A program made the position numbers and the translations under genes. The notes below the pieces were generated by a model. That model was not told where the DNA came from and searched no databases. It worked only from the letters and a program-made list of their open reading frames with translations. This document shows positions 11,236 through 23,236 of a stretch of 64,000 nucleotides of DNA, one piece after another. How positions within the stretch are numbered: position 1 is the first letter of the stretch; each line of letters begins with the position of its first letter. Origin of the DNA: Alphaproteobacteria bacterium (lineage in GTDB: Bacteria; Pseudomonadota; Alphaproteobacteria; GCA-2731375); the NCBI GenBank assembly GCA_965225945.1, contig CBDDBZ010000033.1, positions 247,533 to 311,532 of the forward strand. Reading direction: 5' to 3'.

Positions 11236-12503
11236 ATGTATGGCATGACCGATTCATCGCCAAAGACCTACAAATTCTTCGTCGTGGATGACGACCCGTT
11301 CTTCATCGAGGCTCTGAGCGGCCTGCTCGAAGCCGAGGGGCATGACGTCCGCTCGACCTCGACGAGCGGCGAGGCCATCGCCAAAATTCGCGAGGCCCGG
11401 CCCGATTGCGTGCTGACCGACCTGTTGATGCCCGGCACCGACGGAATGCAGCTGGTGAAGACGATAAAGCAAGACGCCGAGCTGGCGGGAATCAAGGTCA
11501 TCGTGGTGTCGGCCAAGTCCTTCGGCTTCGATAAACGGCAAGCCAGGAAATTCGGAGCCGATGCGTTTATCGAAAAACCCTTCGACGCCGACGGATTTTT
11601 CAGCGTCGTCGACCAGGTGATGGAAGATAAGATCGAAGTCACGTTCTGGGGCGTGCGCGGCACCCTTCCCGTCGCCGGGCGACGCTCGTTACGCTACGGC
11701 GGAAACACCTCCTGCGTGACATTGTCTCTTCCCCAGGGGCGTCTCTTCCCCAGGGGCGGTTTTTCATTTTCGATGCCGGCACCGGCATCAAGGAGCTATC
11801 CAATGCCCTGGCGGCCGGAAACAAATTGAACTTGGACGCCAAGATATTCATTTCGCACCCGCATTGGGATCACATCAACGCCCTGCCCTTCTTCGCGCCG
11901 CTCTATCTTCCGGGCAACGAATTTGAAATCTCCGGCCCGGTGCACGCGGATATGTCCATGCGGGAGCTGATTTCGGCACAAATGGACGATGTATTTTTCC
12001 CGATAACCATGAAGGAATTCGGCGCGCGGGTTTATTTTCGGGACCTGGGCGAAGAGGAATTCGAAATCGAGGGGCTCGCCGTCAAGACCATGTTGCTCAG
12101 CCATCCGGGAAATTGCCTCGGATATCGGGTCGAATACGGCGGCCGATCGGTTTGCTATATTACCGACAATGAACTCTTTCTTCCCGACTCTCCACAGCAC
12201 AATCCGCATTACCTCGACCGCTTGACGGCGTTCGTGGCGGGCACCGACGCCTTGATAACCGAATGCACATACACGGACGAGGAATACGCGACCAAGGTCG
12301 GCTGGGGCCATTCCTGCGTCAGCCAGGTCGTCGATCTCGCCCACCGGGCAAAGGCCGAAAATCTGTACATCGTCCATCACGACCCCGATCAAGACGACGA
12401 CGACATCGATGCTAAATTGGCAAGCGCCCAGAGCAGACTGGCTTCGCTCAACTCGGACACCCGATGCCGGGCCCCGGTCGAGGCGGAGACGATAAAAATC
12501 TAG
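11236..12503 (+). pseudogene. Response regulator (REC) fused to an MBL-fold metallohydrolase, frameshifted by a 17-bp tandem duplication
   Basis: REC (VVDDD, LTDLLMP), then FWGVRGT...YGGNTSCV, DAGTGI, SHPHWDH and GWGHS. gtctcttccccaggggc is doubled at 11724-11757. Confidence 0.85.
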
Positions 12504-12513
12504 CCGCGTAACT

Positions 12514-13689
12514 TATACCAATTGACCTTGAGGGAGACTCACTTTGAGGATTCCCATGGTGGATGATTTCTGACTCAATTCCGGTGATTCGGAGTTGAGG
12601 AGGTTCACCATGGGAGCGGCGATCGGGTTACGAGAGGATTTCGATGCGGCGGAGCTGCGTCGCTTGGCGAAGCTTTCCAAGGATGCCGGCCAGAGCCGCC
12701 GGCTCTTGGCTCTCGCGGTGATCTATGACGGTGGGCGGCGGACGGATGCGGCACGGACCGGCCACGTGGGGCTTCAGGTGATCCGAGATTGGGTGTTGCA
12801 TTTCAACGCCGAGGGCCCGGACGGCTTGATCGATCGCAAGGCGCCCGGTGCGGTGGCGAAGCTCGACGATGCACAACGCCAGGCGCTGGGGGCACGCGTC
12901 GATGCGGGGCCGAACCCGGCGGTCGACGGCGTGGTGCGCTGGCGGCTGAAGGATCTGGCGGGCTGGATCCGGGATATGTTCGCGATCTCGCTCGACGAGA
13001 CCACGGTGAGCCGGGAATTGAAGGCGATGGGCTTCACGAAGATGACGGCGCGTCCGCGCCACCATGCCCAGGAGGAGGGCGTCATCGAGGATTTTAAAAA
13101 AAATTCCCCGAGCTGGTGGCGCAAGCCCGCCGGCGCCTGCCCGACGGCACCGAGATAGAAATCTGGTGGCAGGACGAAGCCCGTGTCGGCCAGAAGAACA
13201 AGATCACTCGGCGCTGGGCGCGGCGCGGAACCCGGCCCCGCGCACCGCATGACCAGCGCACCAAATCAGCCTATATCTTCGGCGCCATCTGTCCCGAACG
13301 CGGCGTCGGCGCCGCCCTCGTGCTCCCCCACTGCGACACCCAGGCCATGCAGCTGCATCTGGAGGAGATCTCCTCCCGGGTAGGCGCGCGCGCGCATGCC
13401 CTCCTGCTCCTCGATCAGGCGGGTTGGCACACCACGGACAAGCTGAAGATCCCCGCCAACGTTACCCTCCTGCCCCTGCCACCACGCTCGCCGGAGCTCA
13501 ATCCGACCGAAAACATCTGGCAGTTCATGCGCGACAACTGGCTGTCCAACTTGGTCTTCCAATCCGACGAGCAGATCATCACCTCCTGCTGCGAAGCCTG
13601 GAACAAGCTCATCGATCAACCATGGAACATCACGTCCATCGGGCGGCGTAAATGGGCGCATGAGTTCTGGTTAATGCCGATTGGTATTA
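12514..13689 (+). mobile_element. IS630-family element with two ORFs (12610-13158, 13116-13697) joined by a -1 frameshift
   Basis: Ends ataccaat...attggtat; HTH ORF A; WQDEAR, LDQAGWH and SPELNPTE DDE motifs; TTTTAAAAAAAA slippery site at 13092-13103. Confidence 0.9.
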
Positions 13690-13693
13690 GAGC

Positions 13694-14754
13694 ATGACCC
13701 GGGGAAATCGATTTAGCGGATTGATCCTCGGCACCGCCGTCGGCGACGCGCTCGGCCTGCCGTTCGAAGGGCTGGGGCGGCGGCGGATCGCGCGCCTGCA
13801 CGAGGGACGCTGGCGCCATCGCTTTCTCTTCGGTCGTGGCTTCGTCAGCGACGATACCAACCACACCCTCCTCGTCGCGCTTTCGCTCATCGCCGCGCCC
13901 CGCGCGCGGGAGCGCTTCGAGGCCATCCTGGCGCGCCGCCTCCGGTGGTGGCTGGTTGGACTGCCGCTGGGCGCGGGCCGCGCCACCTACCTCTCGATCC
14001 TCCGCCTGTGGCTCGGGTTCCCTCCGAGCCGAAGCGGTATCCATTCCGCCGGCAACGGCCCGGCGATGCGAAGTGCGGCGATCGGCGCGTTCTTCGCCGA
14101 TGATCGGGTGGCGCTCGACGACTATGTCGAAGCCTCGACCCGGATCACCCACACCGATCCCCGCGCCCTGGTCGGTGCCCGTGCCGTGGCGCTCGTCGCC
14201 GCCCTGATCGTGGCCACGGATTGCGACCGCCGCCCGGAGATCGACGCGCTGGACGCCGCCTTGCGCCCGGCGGGCGAAGGCGACGCGGCGTGGTCGGAGC
14301 TTTGCGACCAGATACGACGTGCCGCCACCGATCGACTTTCGGTCGCAGACTTCGCCGGCCGGCTCGGCCTCGGCGATGGCGTCAGCGGTTTCATCTATCA
14401 CACCGTCCCCGTGGCGATTTACGCCTGGCATGCCCATTGGGGTGACTTCGAGGCGACCCCGGCCGAGGTCCTGGAAGCGGGCGGCGATACGGATACGGTC
14501 GTGGCGCCGGCGCGCTCGCCGGCGCCACGACGGGAGAGGACGGCATCCCGAAGGATTGGATCGATGGTCTCGCCGCCTGGCCGCACGGTGTCGGCTACAT
14601 GCGCCGGGTGGCGGCGCACCTGGAGCATGTCGCGACGACGGGTTCGGCGGCCGCCCCGCCGGCTTGCTTCTGGCCCCTGTTGCCGATGCGAAATCTGCTC
14701 GGAAACTATGTGGCCCTGGCCCATCTGGCGAAACGGTTGGTTCCGTCGGGCTGA
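13694..14754 (+). pseudogene. ADP-ribosylglycohydrolase family protein, frameshifted near 14505
   Basis: GTAVGDALGLPFEG, SDDT, SAGNGPAMR, THTDP and GGDTDTV; the expected GALAGA continues in another frame. Confidence 0.8.
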
Positions 14755-14785
14755 GGCCTTGCCCGAATTCTCGCAATCGAGCCCT

Positions 14786-17700
14786 CTACTCGAGCGCGAG
14801 GAGTAGCGCTTCGGCGTCCTTCAAGTCGGGGGTGTCGAAGCCTTCCCGGAACCAGCCGTGGATCGGTGCCAGAAGGTCACGTGCCGTGTCCCTCCAACCT
14901 TGATCGCGCCACAGCGTGGCGAGGGAGGTTGCCGCGCGAAGTTCCCAAGACTTCGCCTGCTGATCGCGTGCAATCGAAATCGCCTGGCCAAAGCACCTCT
15001 CGGCATCGACTTCTCGATCGCTCGGCTCGTCACACCGCAGCAGAAGTACCCCCTTCAAACGCCGCAGCTCCGCCTCGACCAGTCGGTCACCGGTCCGATC
15101 GACCACCGCGAGGGCGTCGTTCAGGGCTTCGCGGGCCTCTTCAAACCTGCCGGCGGCGAGACAGCTATCGACCAGGGCGAAGGGCCACCAAGCCTCCGTC
15201 TTCGGCACGGGCATGTCGAGGCCGCGACGGATCTCCGCCATGCCGTCGTCGAGCGATCCACACAGGACCAGGGCTCGCCCGCGATAGACGGTAGCGAAGG
15301 CCAAGAAGAACGGAAGCTCGTAGTCGGTCGCGAGCGCGATCGTTCGATCGGCCTCGATCCGGCTTTGCTCCACGTCGCGAAGCAACGCGTAGACGAAGGT
15401 CGTCACGATCCCCACGACGGCCCGTGAATAGGGGTGGTTCAGGTGGTCGGCATGCTCGACAGCTCGTCGCAGCAGACGGTCGGCGCGCTCCGGATAGCCC
15501 AATATCCACAGTGCGGCACCCGCCATGCATGATGACACGACGAAGGGATCCTGCCCGTAGGTCATGGCATTTTCACCATGGGCCGCGGGATCGTAGAGCT
15601 CGAGCCCATGTTCGAAATGATCACGCGCCATGGCAAAATCACCGCGCCAAAGCGCTGTTTGCCCGAGGGCCCGATACGATTCGACGGCGTAAGTCGAGCT
15701 CTCTCGCGATTGTGCCAGTTGCAACAGTTCGTGACCGATTTCGCGAGCGGCATCCAGGCGCGAGCCGACCTGATAACAGAGCCACAACCCCCGCAATACG
15801 GCAAAGAGCTGATAGGCGTCGGGCACCCGCCGGCAAAGTTCTCGCGCGCGAAGGAAGGCCGATTCCACCTCGGGCGCGGCCTGTCCCTTGGTGGCCGTGT
15901 AGGCCATGCCCAGGCGGGCCTGTAGTTCGACCTCCGATCGAATGCGCTCGCCGTCCTCGGGCAGTTCAGGAAGCACCTCGAGCGCTCGCGTCAGGTGTTC
16001 CACCGCGTCACGATGCGCCGATCGCTCCACGGCCCGGCGCGCCGCCAACTGCCAGTAGTGAATACCTCGCTCGAAGTCGCCGGCAGAGACGAAATGGTGG
16101 GCGACGAGCTCCGGCTCCGCCTCGACGCGACCCGCGAAGTCGGTCTCCAGCGAGCGCGCAATCCGCCCGTGCAAAATTCGCCGCTTAGCCAGCAACAGGC
16201 TCTCATAGGCCGTATCGCGGACCAGCGCATGTTTGAACGTGTAGCGAGCATCCGGCGGCACGCCGCGACGAAACAACAACTCCGCGCCCTCGAGCTGATC
16301 GAGCGCCTCCCCGAGCGCTCCATCGTCGAGCGGTGAGATGGCCGGCAAGAGTGGGAAGTCGAACTGGCGGCCGATGCAGGCGGCGCTCTGCGCCACCTCC
16401 TTGACGGGTTGCAGGCGATCGAGACGTGCCATCAACGAGTCGTGCAACGTCGCGGGGATAGCCAACCGGCTCAAGGATCCTTCGAGCACGTAGGCATCGT
16501 CGGTTTCGGTCAGTCCATCAGATTCGAGCAAAGTCTTGGTCAACTCCTCGACGAACAGCGGTACGCCGTCGGTCCTGGCGACGATTTCGTCGAGGAGCTC
16601 GGCGGGAAGCACCTTGCCATCCGTCATGCCCTCGGCGATGGCGAGGATATGGTCACGGCCGAGGCGATTGAGGGCGAGACGGGTGACATTCGGGTGTCCA
16701 CCGAAGCCATGCGTGAAGGTGGGACGCGCGGTCACGAGGATGAACACGGGCGCATCGCCCACGTGATCGAGACACAGATCGAGGAATTCCAGCGTCGTCG
16801 CATCGATCCAATGCGCGTCCTCGACGACGAACAGGACGGGCTTCGCGCGCGACAGGCCGACGAGTTGATCGGCGAGCGCATCGAGGGTGCGGTTGCGCCG
16901 TTGTTGCGGCGAGAGGTCGAGTTTGCCGTGACGGACCTCGCCGTCAAGACCGATCAGCTCGGCGATCAGCGCCGTCGCCATGGCATTGCTCTCGCCGGCC
17001 AGGGACAGAAGCGCCTCGAGTTTGTCGAGCCCGATCTGGTTCGTGTCCTCGGGCTGGATCCGAGCGGCCATGTTCAATTGCCGAACGGCCGGGTGAAGGG
17101 CCGAGTCGGCGTGATAGGGAGAGCACTGATAAGTCACCCGAATGTTATCGTCCCCGGCCACGGCGTCGATCAGCGCGCGGGTGATCCGCGACTTGCCGAT
17201 CCCGGCCTCGCCGCTCAGAAACACCATCTGGCCTTCGCCCGCCCGCGCCTGGCGCCAGCGCTCCCGCAGCAGGGCCAATTCCTGCTCGCGCCCGATCAAG
17301 GGGAGGACCTTGTCCGAGGAACGAGCCTCGAAGCGGCTTTCGAAGCGGCGTTCTCCACTTACCTCATAGGCGGTCACCGGGCCTTCCAGCCCCTTGAGAT
17401 CGAGGGAAGCGAGCTCAGCCAGGACGAACCGTCGCCCGACGAGCCTCGAAGCGGCTTTCGAAGCGGCGTTCTCCACTTACCTCAGACTCTTCGTGGCCTC
17501 CGATATGACGACCCGTCCGGGACCCGCGACAGCTTGCAGACGCGCCGCCAAATTCGGCGTGACGCCTAGCACAGCCTCCTCCTGCGCCGCGCCCTCGCCG
17601 ATCAGGTCGCCGACCACGACCCGCCCCGTGGCGATGCCGATGCGCACTTGCAACGGGCCCGTGGTGTCGCGCGCGAGTTCCCGGACCGCGCGAACGATCG

Positions 17701-18253
17701 ACAGTGCCGAATGGATCGCGCGGGCGGCATCGTCCTCGTGCGCCACGGGATAGCCGAAATAGGCGATCACGGCATCGCCCATGAACTTGGCGACATGGCC
17801 TCCGTAGCCCGTGATCTCGCTGGCGACCCTGCTCTGATAGGCTCGCATCACCTCGCGCAGGTCTTCGGGATCGAGCTGTTGCGACAACTCGGTCGAGCCG
17901 ACGAGATCGCAAAATAAGACTGTCAACTGGCGCCGTTCGGCGTCCTGACCGACCCGCGGGTGCGGCAAGGCTTCGGGTCCGTCGGGGGTGGGCGACGCCA
18001 TTTGCCGATCACGGAGCTCGGTGATCGCCTTCAGGGCGCGGCGGCGGGGGCCGATCGGCAGCCCCAATTCCTCGAGATCGTCTTCGGTGATTTCCGGGAG
18101 GTCGTCGAGGGCGATCTCGTTCGCGGCAAAGACATCTCGATACTTCCCAAGACCGAGATCAATGAGCCAACCGTCGATATCGCTTCCCATGGCGGCCCTC
18201 CCGCGTGCCATCGTAGCAGAGCAACCCCGAGGTTGCGGGCAAGCTTCGAGCAC
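14786..18253 (-). pseudogene. SAM-adenylate/guanylate cyclase-AAA ATPase-TPR protein split by an in-frame stop inside a templated insertion
   Basis: SAM (LGLPIGPRRR), cyclase (RRQLTVLFCDLVGST, GDAVIAYFG), ATPase (GEAGIGKS, VEDAHW) and TPR tail. ORFs 17477-18253 and 14786-17476 are in the same frame; 17439-17484 duplicates 17321-17366. Confidence 0.88.
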
Positions 18254-18286
18254 CTGCGAGATGGCACCGCCCAGCCCGTCCCGCTA

Positions 18287-19423
18287 GTGTTCCGATCCTA
18301 ACAAAAGTTTCCCAAAGGGCTTGCGTTCTGCGATTCTGGGGGAATGACGAAGACATTGGCATGCATCTGGCTGTCTCCCGCGGAGCGGGCGACGCTGGAA
18401 GGGTTGGTTTCTGGGCGGAACACGCCGCAGAAGCTGGTTTGGCGGGCACGGATCGTGTTGCTGTCGGCTGACGGGATCGGCACGATGACGATCGTCCGGT
18501 TGGTCGGCAAAAGTAAGGTGACGGTGTGGCGCTGGCAGGAGCGCTACCTTGCCAAAGGCATCGCCGGACTGCGCCGCGATGCGACGCGACCGGGACGCAA
18601 GCCGCCGCTGAGCGCCGAGGTGATCGAGCGGGTTGTGCATAAGACCTTGCACGAGACGCCGGAGGCGGCGACGCATTGGAGCATCCGCAAGATGGCCCGT
18701 GCCGTCGGCCTCAGCTACACCAGCGTGCAGCGGGTCTGGAAGGCGCACGGCCTCAAGCCGCACCTGGTGAAGACCTTCAAGCTGTCGAATGACGAGCACT
18801 TCGTCGAGAAGGTGCGCGATATCGTCGGTCTCTATCTCGATCCGCCGGACAAGGCGCTGGTTCTCTCGGTCGACGAGAAGAGCCAGATCCAGGCGCTCGA
18901 CCGCACACAGCCCGGCTTGCCGATCAAGAAGGGCCGAGCCGGCACCATGACGCATGACTACAAGCGCCACGGCACGACGACATTGTTCGCCGCGCTCGAC
19001 GTCGCCACCGGCAAGGTCATCGGCCACTGCATGAAGCGGCACCGCCATCAGGAATGGCTGAAATTCCTGCGCCGTATCGACGCCGAGACGCCCAAGAAGC
19101 TCGACCTGCATCTGATCGCCGACAACTACGCCACCCACAAGCATCCCAAGGTCAAGGCGTGGTTGGCAAAACATCCTCGCTTCCATATGCACTTCACTCC
19201 GACATCCGCCTCCTGGCTCAGCCAGGTCGAACGCTTCTTCGGCCTGATCACCAGCGATCAAATCCGTTGCGGCGTGTTCAAGAGCGTCGCCGAACTCGAA
19301 ACAGCCATTCAGGAATACCTCGAGCACCACAATGCCGATCCAAAACCCTTCGTATGGACCGCTTCCGCCACCGCCATACTCGAAAAAGTCGCTCGTGGGC
19401 GACAGGCGTTAGAGTCGGTACAC
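18287..19423 (+). mobile_element. IS630-family element with a single transposase ORF (18344-19426) and TA target duplication
   Basis: cTA-gtgttccgatcctaac ... gttagagtcggtacac-TAg; SVDEKSQIQAL, DNYATHK and SASWLSQVE motifs. Confidence 0.92.
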
Positions 19424-19491
19424 TAGTCTAGCCTCATCTCGCCCGGCGCCTTCCACGCCATCGCCGTGGCGCCCCTCATCCTTGGCGGTCC

Positions 19492-20358
19492 ATGAAACCA
19501 CCGGCTTTCGAGTACTTCGCCCCGGAGAGCCTCGAGGAGGCGGTCGCACTGCTCGCGCGCCACGGCGACGACGCCAAGCTGTTGGCCGGCGGCCAGAGCC
19601 TCGTGGCGATGCTCAACTTTCGTCTGCTGAGTCCCGCCGTCATCGTCGATATCAACCGAATCCCCGAACTCGACCAGATCGAGGAACGGGCCAGTGGGCT
19701 TCGGATCGGCGCGCTCACCCGCCACCATCGCCTGGAGATGTCCGAGGCCGTCCACGCCCGGTTTCCGGTGCTGACCGCGGCCATGGCTCATGTTGCGCAC
19801 CTGGCCATTCGCAATCGGGGGACCCTCGGTGGCAGCCTCGCGCACGGCGATCCGGCGGCCGAGTTGCCGATGATCGCGGTCCTGCTGGAGGCGCGGATCA
19901 CCGCCACGGGCAGCGGCGGCGAGCGCGAAATCGAGGCGGGCCGGTTCTTCTCGGGCGCGCTCGCCACCGTGCTTCGAGACGACGAAATCATCACCCGGAT
20001 CGACCTCCCGGTGCTTGCCCAAGGCACCGGCTGGGGATTCGAGGAGTTCGCGCGACGGGCCGGCGATTTCGGGCTCGCGGGCGCGGCGGCGACGGTGACG
20101 CTTTCGGGCACGCGGGCGCGCGAGGTCCGCATCGCGCTTCTGGGCGTCGACGCCACGCCCGTCCGCGCGCGCGAAGCCGAGGCGATCCTCGTGGACACCG
20201 AGGGCGACGGCGACAGCCTCGACGCCGCGATTCTGGTGCTCCGCGCGTCGATCACGCCCGGCGAGGATCTCCACGCCTCGCCCGACTACCGGCGCCATCT
20301 GGCGGGCGTCCTGGCGAAACGCGCGCTCACCTCCGCCTGGGCCAGGGCGGCCCCATGA
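19492..20358 (+). CDS. Molybdenum hydroxylase FAD-binding subunit (CoxM/CutM-like)
   Basis: MKPPAFEY, AGGQSL, IRNRGTLGGS. Confidence 0.9.
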   Translation: MKPPAFEYFAPESLEEAVALLARHGDDAKLLAGGQSLVAMLNFRLLSPAVIVDINRIPELDQIEERASGLRIGALTRHHRLEMSEAVHARFPVLTAAMAHVAHLAIRNRGTLGGSLAHGDPAAELPMIAVLLEARITATGSGGEREIEAGRFFSGALATVLRDDEIITRIDLPVLAQGTGWGFEEFARRAGDFGLAGAAATVTLSGTRAREVRIALLGVDATPVRAREAEAILVDTEGDGDSLDAAILVLRASITPGEDLHASPDYRRHLAGVLAKRALTSAWARAAP

Positions 20359-20840
20359 GCAAGCGACGGGCGATCTCGCTGACCGTGAACGGCGCCACTT
20401 TCGAGCGGGAGGTGGAGCCCCGGCTGCTGCTGTCGGATTTTCTCCGCGACACGCTCGGCCTGACCGGCACCCATGTCGGCTGCGAGCATGGCGTTTGTGG
20501 CGCCTGCACCGTCATCGTCGACGGCGACAGCCAGCGATCCTGCCTCACGCTCGCCGTGCAATGTGACGGCGCCGAAATCGAGACCGTCGAGGGCCTGGGC
20601 CGGATCGAGGAAATGAGCCGGCTGCAACGGGCTTTTCGCGAGCACCACGCGTTGCAGTGCGGCTTCTGCACGCCCGGCCTGTTGATGACGATCACCGACC
20701 TCTTGGCGAAGTATCCGTTGGCGAGCGAGGCGGAAATCCGGGCCGGCCTCGCGGGCAACATCTGCCGTTGTACCGGCTATGACAACATCGTCCGCGCGGT
20801 ACGCGCTCTGGTCGACGAGCGGGAAGGCATTGCGCCGTGA
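20355..20840 (+). CDS. Molybdenum hydroxylase [2Fe-2S] subunit (CoxS-like)
   Basis: GCEHGVCGACT, QCGFCTPG, GNICRCTGY; ATG 20355 overlaps the previous stop. Confidence 0.92.
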   Translation: MSKRRAISLTVNGATFEREVEPRLLLSDFLRDTLGLTGTHVGCEHGVCGACTVIVDGDSQRSCLTLAVQCDGAEIETVEGLGRIEEMSRLQRAFREHHALQCGFCTPGLLMTITDLLAKYPLASEAEIRAGLAGNICRCTGYDNIVRAVRALVDEREGIAP

Positions 20841-23236
20841 CGGACGAGACGGTGACGGCGCGGCCCAAGGCCGTCGGCGCCCGGGTCCAACGGCTCGAGG
20901 ATCCCCGCTTTCTCACCGGCCACGGCGCCTTCGTGGACGACCGCCGCCTGCCCGACACGCTGCACGTGGCGTTCCGTCGGAGCGAGCATGCCCATGCCCG
21001 GATCACCGGGATCGATTGCGCCGCCGCCCGGGAGATGGCGGGCGTCGTCGGCGTGTTCGTGGCGGCCGATATCGGGGCGCTGACCCGGCCCCTTTGGGCG
21101 CTGTCGCGGATGCCGGACTATACCGCGACGAGCTTCGTGGCGCTGGCCGGCGACAAGGTTCGCCATGTGGGCGAGCCGATCGCCGCCGTCGTCGCCGAAA
21201 GCCGCTACATCGCGGAGGACGCGGTGGAATGCATCGATGTCGGCTTCGAAGCCCTGCCCGCCCTCGGCCATGCCGAGGCGGCGCTCGCCGAGGATGCGTC
21301 GCTGCTGCATGACGAGGCCGCCACCAACGTCCTGGCCAGGCGCACGTTCACCCAGGGCGACGTCGATGGCGCGATGGCCACGGCCCACCTGAAGGTCGCC
21401 GGGCGCTTTCGATGTCGCCGCAAGACGCCGGCGGCGCTGGAGAACCGGGCCTATCACGCCGAATTTGAACCCGGCCGGCAATTGTTGACGCTCTATTCCT
21501 CGACCCAGGTGCCCGGCTTGGTGCGTGATGCGCTGGCCGACATTCTGGACCTGCCGGGCCATCGAATTCGCGTCGTCGCTCCCGATGTCGGCGGTGGGTT
21601 CGGCGGCAAGGCCTCGCTCTACCCGGAAGAGGTCGTCGTCTCGGTCCTCGCGCGCCGGCTCGCCCGCACCATCAAGTGGACCGGCGACCGCTTGGAAGAC
21701 CTGGCGACGACGAGCCAGGCGTTCGACGAAATCGTCGATGCCGAATTGGCGGTCGGCGCCGAGGGTGAACTTCTGGCCCTCGAGGCCGACGTCGTCGGCG
21801 ACGTCGGCGCCTATTCCATCTATCCCTGGACGGCCGCGCTGGAGCCGGTGCAGGTCGCCAGCTTCCTGCCCGGCCCCTACCGCTTGGCGCATTACCGCGC
21901 TTCGGTACGCGCGGTCGCCACCTCGAAGGCGCCGACGGGCCCCTATCGCGGCGTCGGCCGCCCGATCGCCGCCTTCGTCATGGAACGCCTGATCGACATG
22001 GCCGCCCACCGGCTCGGCATCGATTCCGTCGAGATGCGGGCGCGAAACCTCGTGGCCGAGGACGAGTTTCCCTACAAGACCGGCTCGGGCCTGGTCTGGG
22101 ATCGTTCCGGCTTCCGGGAATGCCTCGAGGCGGCTTGCGAAAGAAGCGACTATGCTGGCCTCCGCGCGCGCCAAGCCGAGGCCCGCGCGGCCGGCCGCTG
22201 GTTCGGCATCGGCATCGCGTCCTATGCCGAGTTGACCGGCATCGGCTCGCGGATTTCGGCGGCACCAGGCATGGTGATCAACACCGGCACCGAGACCGCC
22301 ACCATACGGATGGACGCCACCGGCGCCATCAGCGCCGCCTTCGGCATCGCCTCTCACGGTCAAGGACTGGAGACGACGCTCGCCCAGATCGTTGCCGACG
22401 AGCTCGGCGCGGCGATCGACGAGATCGACATCGTCCAGGGCGACAGCGCCGCCGTCGCCCACGGCACGGGCACCTATGCCAGTCGTAGCGCGGTGCTGGC
22501 GGGCGGCGCGGCCACGCTCTCGGCCCGAGCCCTGCGCGAGAACATCGTCCAGGTGGCCGCGCAGCTCTTCGAGGCCGCGCCCGCCGACATCGAGATCGCG
22601 AATGGCATCGTTTCCGTCGCCGGCACCGACAGGCGAATGGGTTTTCGCGACCTGGCCCGAGCGTTCTATTCCGAGATGGGCCGCCTGCCTAGGCAAGTCC
22701 GCGAGACCCTGGAGCTGGAAGTGACGCGGGTCTACGACCCCTTCCTCGGCACCACCACGTCGGCGACACACATCGCGGTGGTCGACATCGACCCCCTGAC
22801 CTACGCCGTCGACATTCTGAAATACGTCGTCGCGGAGGACTGTGGGCGGGTGATCAATCCGGCGATCGTCGAGGGACAGGTCCACGGCGGCGTCGCCCAG
22901 GGAATCGGCGCCGCCCTCTTCGAGGAGGTCTGTTACGACGAGAACGGACAACACCTGACAGGCAGCTTCGTCGACTATGTCGTGCCGTCGGCGGCGGAAA
23001 TCCCAGCGATGGACGTCGTCCATATCGAGACCGAGCTTCCCGCCACGCTCGGCGGCTTTCGCGGCATGGGCGAAGGCGGCACGATCGGGGCTGTGGGCGC
23101 GATCGCCAACGCGGTGTCCGACGCGCTCCGGCCCCTCGGCATCGAGATCATGGAACTCCCGGTGACGCCCGAACGGCTGTTTCGACTTGTCCGGGACGCG
23201 AAGGCGCGGCAACGGGGAGACGAGGAGGCGAGATGA
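20837..23236 (+). CDS. Xanthine dehydrogenase-family molybdopterin-binding subunit (CoxL-like, not form I CODH)
   Basis: DVGGGFGGK, HGQG, GTYASRS, RGMGEGG; the active-site loop is PYRGVGR. Confidence 0.9.
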   Translation: MTDETVTARPKAVGARVQRLEDPRFLTGHGAFVDDRRLPDTLHVAFRRSEHAHARITGIDCAAAREMAGVVGVFVAADIGALTRPLWALSRMPDYTATSFVALAGDKVRHVGEPIAAVVAESRYIAEDAVECIDVGFEALPALGHAEAALAEDASLLHDEAATNVLARRTFTQGDVDGAMATAHLKVAGRFRCRRKTPAALENRAYHAEFEPGRQLLTLYSSTQVPGLVRDALADILDLPGHRIRVVAPDVGGGFGGKASLYPEEVVVSVLARRLARTIKWTGDRLEDLATTSQAFDEIVDAELAVGAEGELLALEADVVGDVGAYSIYPWTAALEPVQVASFLPGPYRLAHYRASVRAVATSKAPTGPYRGVGRPIAAFVMERLIDMAAHRLGIDSVEMRARNLVAEDEFPYKTGSGLVWDRSGFRECLEAACERSDYAGLRARQAEARAAGRWFGIGIASYAELTGIGSRISAAPGMVINTGTETATIRMDATGAISAAFGIASHGQGLETTLAQIVADELGAAIDEIDIVQGDSAAVAHGTGTYASRSAVLAGGAATLSARALRENIVQVAAQLFEAAPADIEIANGIVSVAGTDRRMGFRDLARAFYSEMGRLPRQVRETLELEVTRVYDPFLGTTTSATHIAVVDIDPLTYAVDILKYVVAEDCGRVINPAIVEGQVHGGVAQGIGAALFEEVCYDENGQHLTGSFVDYVVPSAAEIPAMDVVHIETELPATLGGFRGMGEGGTIGAVGAIANAVSDALRPLGIEIMELPVTPERLFRLVRDAKARQRGDEEAR

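Noticed and set aside
13092-13103. IS630 frameshift as a novelty
   Set aside because: Two-ORF IS630 elements with A-rich -1 sites are well known.
20777-23212. 811-aa minus-strand ORF and similar long overlapping ORFs across the window
   Set aside because: High-GC antisense or off-frame shadows of recognisable genes.
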